From an uncultured virus (IMG/VR IMGVR_UViG_3300025470_001263) (lineage: Duplodnaviria > Heunggongvirae > Uroviricota > Caudoviricetes), in the IMG/VR virus record IMGVR_UViG_3300025470_001263: 64,000 nucleotides of DNA; one strand, written 5' to 3'. The position numbers and the translations under genes were made by a program. Shown here piece by piece: positions 31,023 to 42,400 of this stretch (its first letter is position 1; the number at the start of each line of letters is the position of its first letter). The notes under the pieces were generated by a model. The model had not been told where the DNA came from. It saw only the letters and a list, made by a program, of their open reading frames with translations, and searched no databases.

Positions 31023-31078
31023 ATGTATGGTTTCCTTTGTTTGTGATATGTATCACGGTTAATAACCTATGTAGGTTA
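31019..31078 (-). promoter_or_regulatory. Three tandem stem-loops with identical UACAUA core in the fibre 5' leader
   Basis: TAACC-TACATA-GGTTA, GTGA-TACATA-TCAC, CCA-TACATA-TGG; the last includes the ATG. Confidence 0.7.
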
Positions 31079-31082
31079 CCTA

Positions 31083-31089
31083 ATAAATA
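31083..31089 (-). promoter_or_regulatory. Putative late promoter motif TATTTAT(A), representative copy
   Basis: Same motif upstream of minus-strand starts at 31387, 33356, 37951, 39383, 46216, 49561, 55932, 57363, 59636 and 61611. Confidence 0.6.
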
Positions 31090-31101
31090 GTTTTATTAAA
31101 T

Positions 31102-31131
31102 AAAAAAGGAAGTTTTTTTAGAACTTCCTTT
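31102..31131 (-). terminator. Intrinsic terminator
   Basis: AAAGGAAGTT...AACTTCCTTT stem followed by a U-tract on the minus strand. Confidence 0.7.
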
Positions 31132-31139
31132 GTGTTATT

Positions 31140-31370
31140 TTAATTTAATTCGATGATGTGATGAATAAAAGGTTTTTTTGGGAGATAATTGTCCTCAGCA
31201 TTCATATTATTAGCAACTACTCTCTGTGTTTTAATGTTAATATATGTATTTGGATTTGATAATGCTTTTATCTGTGCAATAGTGGGATTATCTAATTCGT
31301 GGTGTTGAATTTCTTCTTTAACTTTAATATTATTTTTGTTTATAACAGTTAATTTTACTTTATAATTCAT
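31140..31370 (-). CDS. Hypothetical protein (76 aa)
   Basis: ORF with a TATTTAT motif upstream and a terminator downstream. Confidence 0.55.
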   Translation of the reverse strand: MNYKVKLTVINKNNIKVKEEIQHHELDNPTIAQIKALSNPNTYINIKTQRVVANNMNAEDNYLPKKPFIHHIIELN

Positions 31371-31393
31371 TTTAAATGTGTTTATGATAAATA

Positions 31394-32065
31394 TTAGACT
31401 AAATCAAATAAAATAATTTCTGTTTCTGTATCAGGAAAAATTTGAATTTTTTCTTCTTGTGTAAAACTCAATCCATCGCCTTCGATTAATGGTATATTAT
31501 TAACATTTGATGTTCCTGATATAACATAGAGATAATAATTGCGATTAGAATTCAAATCAAATGTAAAATTTTCATTAAAAATTCCTGATAGAAATTTTGT
31601 ATCTTGTTTGATTGATAATTTGGAAGTAATATCACAAAATTGATTAAGTTTATCTTCTCTTGTGAATTGATACCATTCGTGTATGGGTTCTGTATCGAAA
31701 ACATTTGGTCTAATCCATAATTGTAAATATCTATTTGGATTTTCAGACGCATTTCCTTCTGTATGTTTAATTCCTGAACCTGTGCTCATTCTTTGAACCG
31801 CTCCTGCAGGAATATCTAACGTATTTCCGTGGCTATCTGTGTGTCTACAAACACCTTCAACAACATAACCGAATATTTCCATATTTTTATGTTCGTGAAT
31901 TGGTACATGTCCACCAGGTTGAACTCTGTCATCATTAATAGTCTGTAAATGACTAAAATTCATATAACGTGCATCATAATAAGATGGAAAACTAAACGTT
32001 CTATATGAATTTATCCAACTTGCCCTTGGATTCCCTCGAGTATTTGCTGGTCTATGTATTATCAT
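31394..32065 (-). CDS. Pirin family protein (YhhW-like bicupin)
   Basis: SYRTFSF, INDDRV, HEHKNMEI, HTDSHGN, MSTGSGIKHTE, LQLWI. Confidence 0.9.
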   Translation of the reverse strand: MIIHRPANTRGNPRASWINSYRTFSFPSYYDARYMNFSHLQTINDDRVQPGGHVPIHEHKNMEIFGYVVEGVCRHTDSHGNTLDIPAGAVQRMSTGSGIKHTEGNASENPNRYLQLWIRPNVFDTEPIHEWYQFTREDKLNQFCDITSKLSIKQDTKFLSGIFNENFTFDLNSNRNYYLYVISGTSNVNNIPLIEGDGLSFTQEEKIQIFPDTETEIILFDLV

Positions 32066-32076
32066 AAACAATCAGA

Positions 32077-33342
32077 TTAACACCAATAGTTATCGTTAGA
32101 TTCTATAACAGGGAAATATGGAGTGAATGTTGCAGGGAAATTGAAAGTGCCCATCAAACTTGGATTTGTTGGATCAGTGCCGTAGGTTTGATTTGTCATC
32201 CAATCATTATGACTTAAATCAATCGGGCTCATATATATCTCATCCCCGTCATATTTTAATCTCACTTTACCTGTGGACACTGTACTACCTGCTCCCCAAG
32301 TAACATTAAAAATATAAGAAATACCAATTGAAAGTCCTAAAGAATCATATGAATTTATTACTTGTGTCGTTAAACCACTTGTTATTTGATAATACATATA
32401 TGCATCACCAATACTATTAGTAGAATTATTTGTAAATCCTGATGTACCATTTGGAGTCATAGCATTGTAACCTACATATGTTATATCAGATGGATTTAAG
32501 GTAAATGATAATGCTACACCTATTTTTAAAAACTCAGAACTATTAGGAGTACCTGTACCATCCCAACCTGTAAAAGATGTATTAGATGATTCAAATAAAG
32601 TTAAATCATTAGCTCCAGTAGCATCCGCTATGTCCCAAGCTATACCTAAGTGATTGAGACTAGCACCATTTGCTTCAAAAGTATCGGGTAAGAAATTAAA
32701 TGTTATGAAATTTGAATTTTGTCTAAATGTGATTTGACCGGTATTACCAATTGCTTGTTGTAAATAAGTACCTTTTTCAGTACCCGTTGAATCGAACTCA
32801 TTGACATATATTGCACCTTGTGTTAAAATTAAATTTGGGTCAGATAAACCTGAATCATTTGAACCTTGGGTATTTGGGAATGTAATACTTCCTGAATCCC
32901 AAGCCGGTGAATATCCTAAAGAATCCACATATAATACCCATTCACCTGTTACTCCTGTTGTACTTCCATAAGATGTCCAACAACCATTATTCGCTAACCA
33001 AGTTTGTGCATCGGTTACAGTAGAACCATAACTACCTGAAGACATCCAATTAACTAAATTTAAAAAAGTAGCGTCAGTTAAATCTGTTGATTGATAAAAA
33101 CCAACTGATGCTGATGTTGGTGTAACTCCTACTGGTACAGGTTCGTTGTTACCTGGAACAGGAAATGCTACAATGTAATTATTGGTTTGGTCTGGACTCA
33201 TCCACCATTGAACATCACCATAATTTTGTGAATAATCAATTGATGGGTCAGTTCCAACTGCCAAATTTCCAATTTGTGTTGTATCGGAAATAGGTGAACC
33301 TGGATTAGATGCTATTGGGGTTGTTATATATGATACTGACAT
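32077..33342 (-). CDS. Putative virion protein: shared N-terminal 'WW..PD...WTSY' domain plus variable C-terminus
   Basis: N-terminal ~125 aa homologous to the adjacent ORFs. Confidence 0.65.
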   Translation of the reverse strand: MSVSYITTPIASNPGSPISDTTQIGNLAVGTDPSIDYSQNYGDVQWWMSPDQTNNYIVAFPVPGNNEPVPVGVTPTSASVGFYQSTDLTDATFLNLVNWMSSGSYGSTVTDAQTWLANNGCWTSYGSTTGVTGEWVLYVDSLGYSPAWDSGSITFPNTQGSNDSGLSDPNLILTQGAIYVNEFDSTGTEKGTYLQQAIGNTGQITFRQNSNFITFNFLPDTFEANGASLNHLGIAWDIADATGANDLTLFESSNTSFTGWDGTGTPNSSEFLKIGVALSFTLNPSDITYVGYNAMTPNGTSGFTNNSTNSIGDAYMYYQITSGLTTQVINSYDSLGLSIGISYIFNVTWGAGSTVSTGKVRLKYDGDEIYMSPIDLSHNDWMTNQTYGTDPTNPSLMGTFNFPATFTPYFPVIESNDNYWC

Positions 33343-33365
33343 TTTTTCTTTTTAAATAAATAGTT

Positions 33366-33509
33366 TTATTGAACATATAAATCATACTCCAAGCCATTTG
33401 TTGAAGATATAATTTGATTGTCATCTGTTCCGATAGCTAAATTACCATCTTGTTGTGTTCCTGAGATTGAACCACCTGTATTATATGCAAATGCTCTTGT
33501 TATTGCCAT
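33366..33509 (-). CDS. 47-aa truncated paralog of the shared N-terminal domain (mini-protein or remnant)
   Basis: Not in the ORF track. [32 protein letters not shown]... Confidence 0.6.
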   Translation of the reverse strand: MAITRAFAYNTGGSISGTQQDGNLAIGTDDNQIISSTNGLEYDLYVQ

Positions 33510-33526
33510 TTTAATTTTTTTATAAA

Positions 33527-33910
33527 TTACGAATTATATGATGTCCAATATCCATTGTTATTTAACCAAGTAACAGCAGAATTCGCATCAACAAAAGTTT
33601 GATCGAAAACTGTATTAACCAAACTCACCATTGATGGGTCCGACAAAGTTGTAGAACGTTTGAATTTTACAGATGCCGATGGAGGAAAAACACCCCCTGG
33701 TGTAGGTTGACTATTTAATGTATCTACAATTGCGATAACATAACCAGTAGATTCATCAGGACCTTCCCACCAAGTTACTCCACCATAATTTTGTGAATAA
33801 TCAATTGATGGATCTGTTTGATAAGATAAAAGACCGATGTTTCCCGCATCACCTATTGGGTCTCCTGTGTTATTGTAAGCAAATGCTCTTGTTGTGTATA
33901 CTCTTGACAT
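33527..33910 (-). CDS. Stand-alone shared N-terminal domain protein (127 aa)
   Basis: TRAFAYN...IDYSQNYGGVTWWEGPDE...WLNNNGYWTSY. Confidence 0.75.
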   Translation of the reverse strand: MSRVYTTRAFAYNNTGDPIGDAGNIGLLSYQTDPSIDYSQNYGGVTWWEGPDESTGYVIAIVDTLNSQPTPGGVFPPSASVKFKRSTTLSDPSMVSLVNTVFDQTFVDANSAVTWLNNNGYWTSYNS

Positions 33911-33938
33911 TTTTTTTGTTTTTTAATTTTTTTTTATT

Positions 33939-36900
33939 TTATAAATCAAAGTTTCCTGTTGATGTATCGACTGTTAAATAATCAGTACCATTGAAATTTA
34001 AGCTACCAACTCCATAATATGATGGGAATGGTGAATCCGAATCGTAGGTTACACTATTATTATTTGTTATTGTATTTGCATATGTTGAAGAATCTACAAA
34101 TGGATTACTACTTGATACTCCTAATAATAATTTAGTTTGAGAATATGCTGTCAATGGTGCTGTTGGAACTGTAAGTGATGGGCCGCGATAAACAACTCCA
34201 TCTGTCCATCTGAAGTTTGTAATTTTACCTTCTATCAAACTATCAGGACTACCTCCATTTATTTCTCCACCGATTACTAACGGAGGAACAGTTCCTGCTA
34301 AACTTGGTTGAATATTATCATTAAATACCGTTGTTCCTGTTAGAACACCATCGATGTAAAAATTAACAGTTCCACTATCTCTTACAATACAATAGTGATG
34401 CCAACTTGTAGTATCAATATTTAAACCTGTTATTGTTATTTGAGGACTGCTTTCTGACCACCAATACATTGTATTACCATAACCACCCTCAATTGAAACT
34501 CCATTCATATAACTTACACCATCGGTAATACTATATGGTCTTGGATGTATTGTTGGCATATTCCAACTATTTGATTTCATAAACCATTCGATTGTGAAAT
34601 CTAAACCTAAAGGAGGTGTTGGTGCTGTTTGATAGAACAATACATTTATTGGATCTGTATAATTCAAAATACTTGAAATAGATTGTACTTGGACAATATC
34701 ATTTGTGCCTGTATCAAAATGGAAAAATAAATAAGTTGAATTATTAGGTGCAGCAACTACTTGGAAAGCCGATGATGAACCTGAGTACATCACTTGATTA
34801 CCATCTTGAACTAATGTTACTGTTCCACCTGTAGTTATTAAATCATTAAATTGTGATGAATAATCATTTCCACTACTATCACGTTGATTTATGTAAATAT
34901 TTAATCCATCACCTATACTATAATTAGGATTATATGTCGATATCGAATCATTTGAATGAGTGAATATTATATTTCCATTATTTTCTGGTAGGACCGTACT
35001 AAAATTTGGAATAGAACCTGACATCACATAGAAGAACCATTGGTCCATAGGAGGAGTTGTCGGTGTTGGAGTAGGGGTTAATGTGTTCGTTGGTGTATTT
35101 GTTGGTGTAACAGTTAATGTTGGTGTAACAGAAGCTGTTATACTAGGTGTTGGTGTAAGTGTACTAGTTGGTGTAACACTTGGTGTTGGTGTTTCAGTAT
35201 TTGTTGGAGTTGGAGTTGGAGAAACCGGTGCAGTATATTTTGCAGCCAATGCCTGAACTCTATTATTCATTATGGTATTACCATTGGTTGTTGCCGACCA
35301 AGTATTACCATCTGTTGATGTAGCTAGTTGATTTGTTCCTATACCACCTGCAACCCATTTGGTACCAGTCCACGTTGCACAATATGCTTGAAATGAAAAT
35401 ATTGTATTTCCGTTTGTTGCACCTGACCAAGTAATACCATCAGACGAATATGCTAATGAGTTTGTACCCTGTCCGGCAGCAATCCATTGTGAACCGTTAT
35501 AAGAAATACCGTAACCTGTACCCGTAATTATACTATTACCACTTGTTGATCCTGTCCAAGTTACACCATCTGTTGAATATGCAATTCTATTTATACCTGT
35601 ACCAACCGCTACCCACTTATTACCACCCCAAGCAACATTGTAACATGATCCTGAGAATATTGTCCAACTATTAGTTGCACCTGACCAAGTAATACCATCA
35701 TCAGAATATGCTATTGTATTTGTATTTCCACCACCTTTCTGAGCGGTTGCAACCCATCTACTTCCGTTGTATGCAACACCTAATGGTGCACTTCCAAGCA
35801 CACTCGAATTTGTTGCACCTGACCAAGTAATACCATCATATGAATATGCAATTTTAGCTGAACCTGATGAAATACCAACCGCTACCCATTTTCCACCTCC
35901 ATATGCGATACCTCTAACATTAGTTGTAAATGTTGTTGAACCATTTGTTGCACCTGACCAATTATATCCATCATAGGAATATGCTAAAGTATTTGAACTT
36001 ATCTGTCCACCTGCCACAAACATATTTCCATCTGTTGCAACAGCATATGCTGGTTGCGTAAAAAATGTATTACCATTTGATGATGCTGACCACGTATTTC
36101 CATTATCATATGAGTAACCCAAAGCATTAACTCCACCTGCTGCCACTACCACATTTGTTGGGAATGGAGTTGGTGTTGGAGTTTGTGTTGGTGTAGGTGT
36201 ATTGGATGTTGTAATTGTTGGTGTTAACGTTGGCGTTACACTTGTTGTAGGTGTATTTGTTGGCGTTAAACTTATTGTTGGTGTATTTGTAGGTGTATTT
36301 GTAGGTGTCGGCGTAGGTGTTACTGATGTAGGCGTAGGTGTTGGTGTTACGTTTGATACACCATTGAATGTAAGTGAGATAGTTGATCCTGATACAAATC
36401 TTGTTGATGCCGCTTGTATCATTTGTGCTGAACGAGTAACATTAAGGTAGAAAAACTGACCATTTACTTGGTATTCACTTGAAATTCCTGAATATATTGC
36501 AACACTACTTCCTTGAGTTATTGTAAGTGTACCACCACTTGTTTGTAAATTTTGAAATTGTGTCAAATAACTTGTTCCTGCACTATCATTGTTATTGAAA
36601 TATAATAATAATGTACCACCTGTATAATTTGGACTATAAGTTCCCAAACCTCCAACTGTATTAATAAATGTCGCATTACCATTAGCTGCTGGAGCTGTCA
36701 TCACGGTTTGATTATCAGGTGAATAGAAGAACCAACCTGGTCCGTTATATCCAACTGTTGGTGTAGGTGTTGGTGTAGCTGACGATGGAGATGGACTTGG
36801 TGTTGGTGAAGGTGCTCCTATGATTACATTGAATGAAAATGCATTTGCTCCACTTCCCCAAGTATATGTATATGTTCCATTTGTGAAGCCCATACCTGAT

Positions 36901-37934
36901 AATGTCTGACTACCAAATGTTTGAGTGCTTGAAATATTTGTTCCTGATGTATAACCAACAGGTACTATTAAGTTATATGGCGGAGCCATATTAAAAACAA
37001 CTCCAAATACGTCACCACTAGTTGATGTTGATGTTGATGAACCACCACCTGCTCCGAAGCTTGTTGGATTTGTTGTAAACCCACTATATTCATCGAAATT
37101 AACACCAGTTGTACCCATCAAATATGTTGCCGTGCTAACACCTATTCCGCCTCCACCATAAGGTCCTGCGTTTGATTGTACAAGAGTTAGACCATTGATA
37201 TTCAATGAACCTGATGCGGTCATAACAACATCAGGACCAACTTGACTAATAGTAACACTGAATGCTGCTGAATTTGTTGTTGTTGTTGGAGTTGGTGTAA
37301 CTCCTGCTTGTGATGTTGTTGGTGTTGGCGTAGTTGTATTTGTTGGTGTAGCCGTATTTGTTGGTGTAGCTGTAGCCGTATTTGTTGGTGTTAAAGTTGG
37401 TGTTGCAGTATGTGTAGGAGTGGCTGTTTGAGTTAATCCAACTGATAAACTTGGTGTTGGTGTTGGTGTTCTTGTTACCGTACTTGTAGGTGTAGCTGTA
37501 GGTGTTGTAGCTATTGTTGGTGTTGGTGTAGGGGTAACTGGTGTACCACTATATGAGGTCCAAAGACCATTATTTGTTAACCAAGTAAGAGCAGTTGGGA
37601 CATCTGTAAATGTAGATTGTCCTATTGAAGGAGGAAAATGATTTATTAAATATAAAAATGAGGCGTCAGTTAAAAATTCCGATCTATAAAATCCAACATA
37701 TGCGGTTGAAGGCGTAACACCAACTGGTGTTGTTTCATCATTACCAGGATATGGTGCTGCAATTACGTAACCTAATGTTTCATCAGGACCTTCCCACCAT
37801 TTTACACCACCATAATCTTGTGAATAATCGATAGTATTATCGTTACCTATTGCTAAGTTTCCAAGTTGTTGTGTATTTGAAATTGTGGAACCTGTATTAT
37901 ATGCGAACGCTCTTGTTATTGGACTCAAACTCAT
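33939..37934 (-). CDS. Multidomain adhesin: shared N-domain, Thr-Pro linkers, Asp-box beta-propeller, C-terminal LamG
   Basis: About 7 repeats of AYSxDGxTW; (TP)n tracts; DFTIEW...WHHYCIVR...FYIDG...GKITNFRW. Confidence 0.75.
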   Translation of the reverse strand: MSLSPITRAFAYNTGSTISNTQQLGNLAIGNDNTIDYSQDYGGVKWWEGPDETLGYVIAAPYPGNDETTPVGVTPSTAYVGFYRSEFLTDASFLYLINHFPPSIGQSTFTDVPTALTWLTNNGLWTSYSGTPVTPTPTPTIATTPTATPTSTVTRTPTPTPSLSVGLTQTATPTHTATPTLTPTNTATATPTNTATPTNTTTPTPTTSQAGVTPTPTTTTNSAAFSVTISQVGPDVVMTASGSLNINGLTLVQSNAGPYGGGGIGVSTATYLMGTTGVNFDEYSGFTTNPTSFGAGGGSSTSTSTSGDVFGVVFNMAPPYNLIVPVGYTSGTNISSTQTFGSQTLSGMGFTNGTYTYTWGSGANAFSFNVIIGAPSPTPSPSPSSATPTPTPTVGYNGPGWFFYSPDNQTVMTAPAANGNATFINTVGGLGTYSPNYTGGTLLLYFNNNDSAGTSYLTQFQNLQTSGGTLTITQGSSVAIYSGISSEYQVNGQFFYLNVTRSAQMIQAASTRFVSGSTISLTFNGVSNVTPTPTPTSVTPTPTPTNTPTNTPTISLTPTNTPTTSVTPTLTPTITTSNTPTPTQTPTPTPFPTNVVVAAGGVNALGYSYDNGNTWSASSNGNTFFTQPAYAVATDGNMFVAGGQISSNTLAYSYDGYNWSGATNGSTTFTTNVRGIAYGGGKWVAVGISSGSAKIAYSYDGITWSGATNSSVLGSAPLGVAYNGSRWVATAQKGGGNTNTIAYSDDGITWSGATNSWTIFSGSCYNVAWGGNKWVAVGTGINRIAYSTDGVTWTGSTSGNSIITGTGYGISYNGSQWIAAGQGTNSLAYSSDGITWSGATNGNTIFSFQAYCATWTGTKWVAGGIGTNQLATSTDGNTWSATTNGNTIMNNRVQALAAKYTAPVSPTPTPTNTETPTPSVTPTSTLTPTPSITASVTPTLTVTPTNTPTNTLTPTPTPTTPPMDQWFFYVMSGSIPNFSTVLPENNGNIIFTHSNDSISTYNPNYSIGDGLNIYINQRDSSGNDYSSQFNDLITTGGTVTLVQDGNQVMYSGSSSAFQVVAAPNNSTYLFFHFDTGTNDIVQVQSISSILNYTDPINVLFYQTAPTPPLGLDFTIEWFMKSNSWNMPTIHPRPYSITDGVSYMNGVSIEGGYGNTMYWWSESSPQITITGLNIDTTSWHHYCIVRDSGTVNFYIDGVLTGTTVFNDNIQPSLAGTVPPLVIGGEINGGSPDSLIEGKITNFRWTDGVVYRGPSLTVPTAPLTAYSQTKLLLGVSSSNPFVDSSTYANTITNNNSVTYDSDSPFPSYYGVGSLNFNGTDYLTVDTSTGNFDL

Positions 37935-37979
37935 TTTTAAATTTATTTACTATAAATATTATGAGTTTATTAATATATT

Positions 37980-39377
37980 CTATGTGAATGTTAATTTCCA
38001 AGAAATTAATTCTTGATTATCATTCGAACCACCTGTACCAGCACCAAATCCGATATAATATAAACCACTATCAAAAGTGAAACTTGAATATGTGAAAGCA
38101 GCTGAACCTGGTTTGCTATTTGTTGTTGAAATATATAATTTAGCTTGTGAAGCTGCATTATCGTAATCTAACCAATAATATAATGTTTGTCTCCAACTTG
38201 TGCCGTAGTTTTGATCACCTTGAGATGTGTTATTTTTAAACCAAGTAACATTATTAACAGTATAAGTCGTAAAACTCAAAGCATTAGGAACTGTAGATGA
38301 ATTTATTCTACTAACACCACCACCTGATAATCCTGTTGTGTTATTAGTTGGAGTCCATTGTAAACAAAAACCATCGGCACCTGTACCTCCACCAATATAA
38401 AATGACCATTGAACAGAGAAATTTCTATTATATTTAGTCACATTCGATCTATAAACATTTCCAACTTGTGCATTGGTATTTGTTGTTAGATAAATTATGT
38501 TTGATGATGTAGTTGCATTACCAACTAAAGATAAACCTGAAGTTGATGAAAAGTCAGTATAGTTAAAACCATCAATATTTGGTGTTTTTGTAGGTGTTAA
38601 TGTTGGAGTCGGAGTTAATGTTGGAGTCGGAGTTAATGTTTTTGTTGGTGTAATACTTGGTGTTGGTGTTAATGTATTTGTTGGTGTTATACTTGGTGTA
38701 GGTGTCAAACTTCCTGTTGGTGTAATACTTGGTGTTTGTGTTGAGCTCGGTGTTACAGTATTTGTTGGTGTTTGAGTAACAGTAATCGTTGGCGTAATAG
38801 AAGGAGTTAGTGTTGGTGTTACACTTGGCGTATTTGTTGGTGTACGAGTTAACGTCACACTTGGAGTTGGTGTTTGTGTTGAACTTGGTGTTATTGTAGG
38901 AGTTAACGTTGGTGTTACACTTGGTGTAATTGTAGGAGTTATTGTTGGTGTAACACTTGGTGTAGGTGTTTGTGTTGGTGTCGCACTTGGCGGTGGACTA
39001 TAACTTGTCCAATAACCATTAGTGTATAACCAATTAACTGCATCATTAGTTGATAAGAATGGGGTTAAACCGTTTCTTGTTGGTAATGAATTACACGTAT
39101 ATAAAAAAGTACTATCAGTTAAATCTGTTGATTGGTAAAATCTGAACCATTCATAAACACCACTAATTGGTGTCGGTTCAGTTTGCCCTGTTAATGGCAT
39201 CGCAATTACATATCCCAAATTTTCATCAGGTCCTTCCCACCATTTTACGCCACCATAATCTAAATCATATCTTGTTGAACCCGTGAACCCGATTGCAATA
39301 TTACCAACTTGTAAAGTTCCACTAATTGGTGGGCCAGGGTTGTGTGCAAAAGGTCTTGAAGTACTTGAAATCGCCAT
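37980..39377 (-). CDS. Adhesin: shared N-domain, Thr-Pro linker, legume (L-type) lectin domain
   Basis: LVGNA, GADGFC, YIGFGAGTGG...ISW. Confidence 0.75.
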   Translation of the reverse strand: MAISSTSRPFAHNPGPPISGTLQVGNIAIGFTGSTRYDLDYGGVKWWEGPDENLGYVIAMPLTGQTEPTPISGVYEWFRFYQSTDLTDSTFLYTCNSLPTRNGLTPFLSTNDAVNWLYTNGYWTSYSPPPSATPTQTPTPSVTPTITPTITPSVTPTLTPTITPSSTQTPTPSVTLTRTPTNTPSVTPTLTPSITPTITVTQTPTNTVTPSSTQTPSITPTGSLTPTPSITPTNTLTPTPSITPTKTLTPTPTLTPTPTLTPTKTPNIDGFNYTDFSSTSGLSLVGNATTSSNIIYLTTNTNAQVGNVYRSNVTKYNRNFSVQWSFYIGGGTGADGFCLQWTPTNNTTGLSGGGVSRINSSTVPNALSFTTYTVNNVTWFKNNTSQGDQNYGTSWRQTLYYWLDYDNAASQAKLYISTTNSKPGSAAFTYSSFTFDSGLYYIGFGAGTGGSNDNQELISWKLTFT

Positions 39378-39391
39378 ATAACTATAAATAC

Positions 39392-39423
39392 AAAAAAAAA
39401 GGAGATTTATTAGATCTCCTTTT
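39392..39423 (-). terminator. Intrinsic terminator
   Basis: AAAAGGAGAT...ATCTCCTTTT stem with U9 on the minus strand. Confidence 0.75.
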
Positions 39424-39442
39424 ATATTTTTTTAATCAATTT

Positions 39443-42400
39443 TTAGTATGTACCGCCATCAATTATGTTAGAAAATACTAATGTTCCATCACTGTCCGCG
39501 TAACCTAAAACACTATCTAATGATAATGAACCTGTTGGTAATGGTGTAAAAGCAACTTGACTACCTGAGTTAAGTAACATCACTTGAGATGAAACATTTC
39601 CATAATCAACACCAGTTGTGTCTGTTAAAGTCAAATTACCATCAATATTCAAAGAACCCGATATTGTAAGTTCGTTTGTTGTTGTCCAACCTGATGTTGT
39701 AGGGTTATATTCAAATAATGAATCTCCTGAGGTCCCTGATGTTCCATCTGAACCACTGGTTCCTGAAGTACCATCCGTACCTGAAATACCACTAGTACCA
39801 TCTGTTCCACTTGTTCCTGATGTACCATCTGTTCCACTTGTTCCTGATGTACCATCTGTTCCTGATGTTCCACTTGTGCCGTCAGTTCCAGATGTTCCAC
39901 TTGAACCATCTGTACCGTCTACGCCTGAAATACCCGAAGTTCCAGAAGTTCCATCTGTTCCACTCGTACCCGAAGAACCGTCAGTACCACTTGTACCCGA
40001 AGAACCGTCAGTACCTGACATACCATCAATTCCACTTGTTCCCGAAGTACCGTCTGTTCCACTAGTGCCTGATGTACCATCCGTACCATCAACTCCTGAT
40101 ATACCTGAAGAACCTGATGTTCCTGAAGTACCATCACTTCCACTTGTTCCGCTACTACCATTACTTCCACTACTACCACTCGTTCCCGAACTACCGTCAA
40201 TTCCTGAACTACCACTTGTACCATCAGTACCCGATGTTCCACTTGAACCATCTGTTCCTGAAGTACCGTCTGTGCCACTCGTACCAGACGTTCCGTCTGT
40301 ACCGCTTGTACCGTCGGTTCCACTTGTACCAGAAGAACCATCACTACCTGAAGTGCCACTTGTACCGTCGGTTCCACTTGTACCAGAAGAACCATCCGTT
40401 CCTGAAGTTCCATCAGTTCCACTTGTACCTGAAGTACCGTCACTTCCTGAAGTACCGCTTGTTCCATCTATACCTGATGTACCACTAGTTCCGTCTGTTC
40501 CTGAAGTACCGCTTGTTCCGTTGAATCCAACTGCTCCATCTAAATTGATTGACCAGTTGCTATATGTACCTGTTCCTTGACCTCCCTCAATCACTGCCGC
40601 TAAGAAAATACCTGTAGCAGGGTCATAACTATCAACTCTTGCAATCATATAATTGTTAATATCATATGCTATTATAATATCTTGAGCTGTTGTATAAGCT
40701 AACCCCAATCCAGCAGTGAAAGTAATCGTATCACCGGAAACTGTATCTAAAGTTAATGTTGTTGTTGATGTTGTAGAATATTTGTCACCATTAAGTCCTG
40801 ATGTACCACTTGTGCCACTAGTACCATCAGATCCACTTGTACCTGAAGTACCGTCTGTTCCACTTGTACCTGAAGTACCATCACTACCTGAAGTACCACT
40901 AGTACCATCTGTTCCTGAAGTTCCGTCTGAACCTGATGTACCTGATGTTCCATCACTACCTGAAGTTCCACTAGTACCATCTGTACCTGAAGTGCCACTT
41001 GTACCATCCGTACCACTTGTTCCTGATGTGCCATCTGTACCGCTTGTCCCATCTATACCTGATGTACCACTAGTTCCGTCTGTTCCTGAAGTACCGCTTG
41101 TACCTGAAGATCCGTCAGTACCACTAACACCTGATATACCTGAAGAACCACTTGTTCCTGAAGTTCCATCAATACCTGAAGTACCGTCACTACCTGATGT
41201 ACCACTTGAGCCATCAGTTCCACTTGTACCCGATGTACCATCAATACCACTTGTTCCACTAGTTCCGTCAGTGCCACTTGTGCCTGAAGTACCATCAATA
41301 CCTGATGTACCGTCTGTTCCGCTTGTGCCTGAAGTACCATCTATTCCTGAAGTACCACTAGTACCATCCGTACCACTTGTTCCTGATGTACCATCCGTAC
41401 CGCTAGTTCCTGAAGTACCATCAGTACCTGATGTACCACTTGTACCATCAGTTCCATTAATTCCTGATATACCTGAAGTACCACTTGTACCATCGGTTCC
41501 ACTTGTACCTGAAGTACCGTCTATACCTGATGTTCCACTACTACCGTCTGTACCACTTGTTCCATCTGTACCACTAGTACCACTTGAACCATCAGTACCA
41601 CTAGTACCATCGGTTCCACTTGTACCTGAAGTACCGTCCATACCTGATGTACCTGAAGTGCCATCTGTTCCGCTAGTTCCTGATGTACCATCTGTACCAT
41701 CAACACCTGAGATACCCGAAGATCCTGAGGTACCATCTATACCTGATGTTCCACTAGTTCCGTCTGTGCCTGATGTTCCACTAGTACCATCTGTTCCTGA
41801 AGTACCATCAACACCTGATGTTCCACTAGTTCCGTCAATACCACTTGTACCTGAAGTACCATCTGTTCCACTAGTACCGCTTGAACCGTCTGTTCCACTT
41901 GTACCATCAGTACCTGATGTACCACTAGTACCATCCGTTCCTGAAGTACCATCCGTACCACTTGTACCTGAAGTACCATCTGTTCCTGAAGTACCATTAG
42001 TGCCCGCTTGAGCTATTAAATTCCAGTTACCACCCGGAGGTGCTGAATTCGTATTTAAAACATTTGCAACGTATGAGCTACCATCATAATCAACAACATC
42101 ATTTAAGTAATATGTTGTGAGTGAATCCCAAGTTCCTCTTGATGTAAAACCAAGACCACTTGTACCTGATGTACCGTCAGTTCCTGAAGTACCATCCGTA
42201 CCACTTGTTCCATCAGTACCACTAGTACCACTTGTACCATCAGTTCCGCTTGTTCCATCGATACCAGAAGTTCCGCTTGAACCATCAGTTCCACTAGTTC
42301 CAGACGTTCCATCGACACCTGATGTGCCGCTTGTTCCATCCATACCTGAGGTACCTGAAGTACCGTCAGTTCCACTAGTTCCACTTGAACCATCTGTTCC

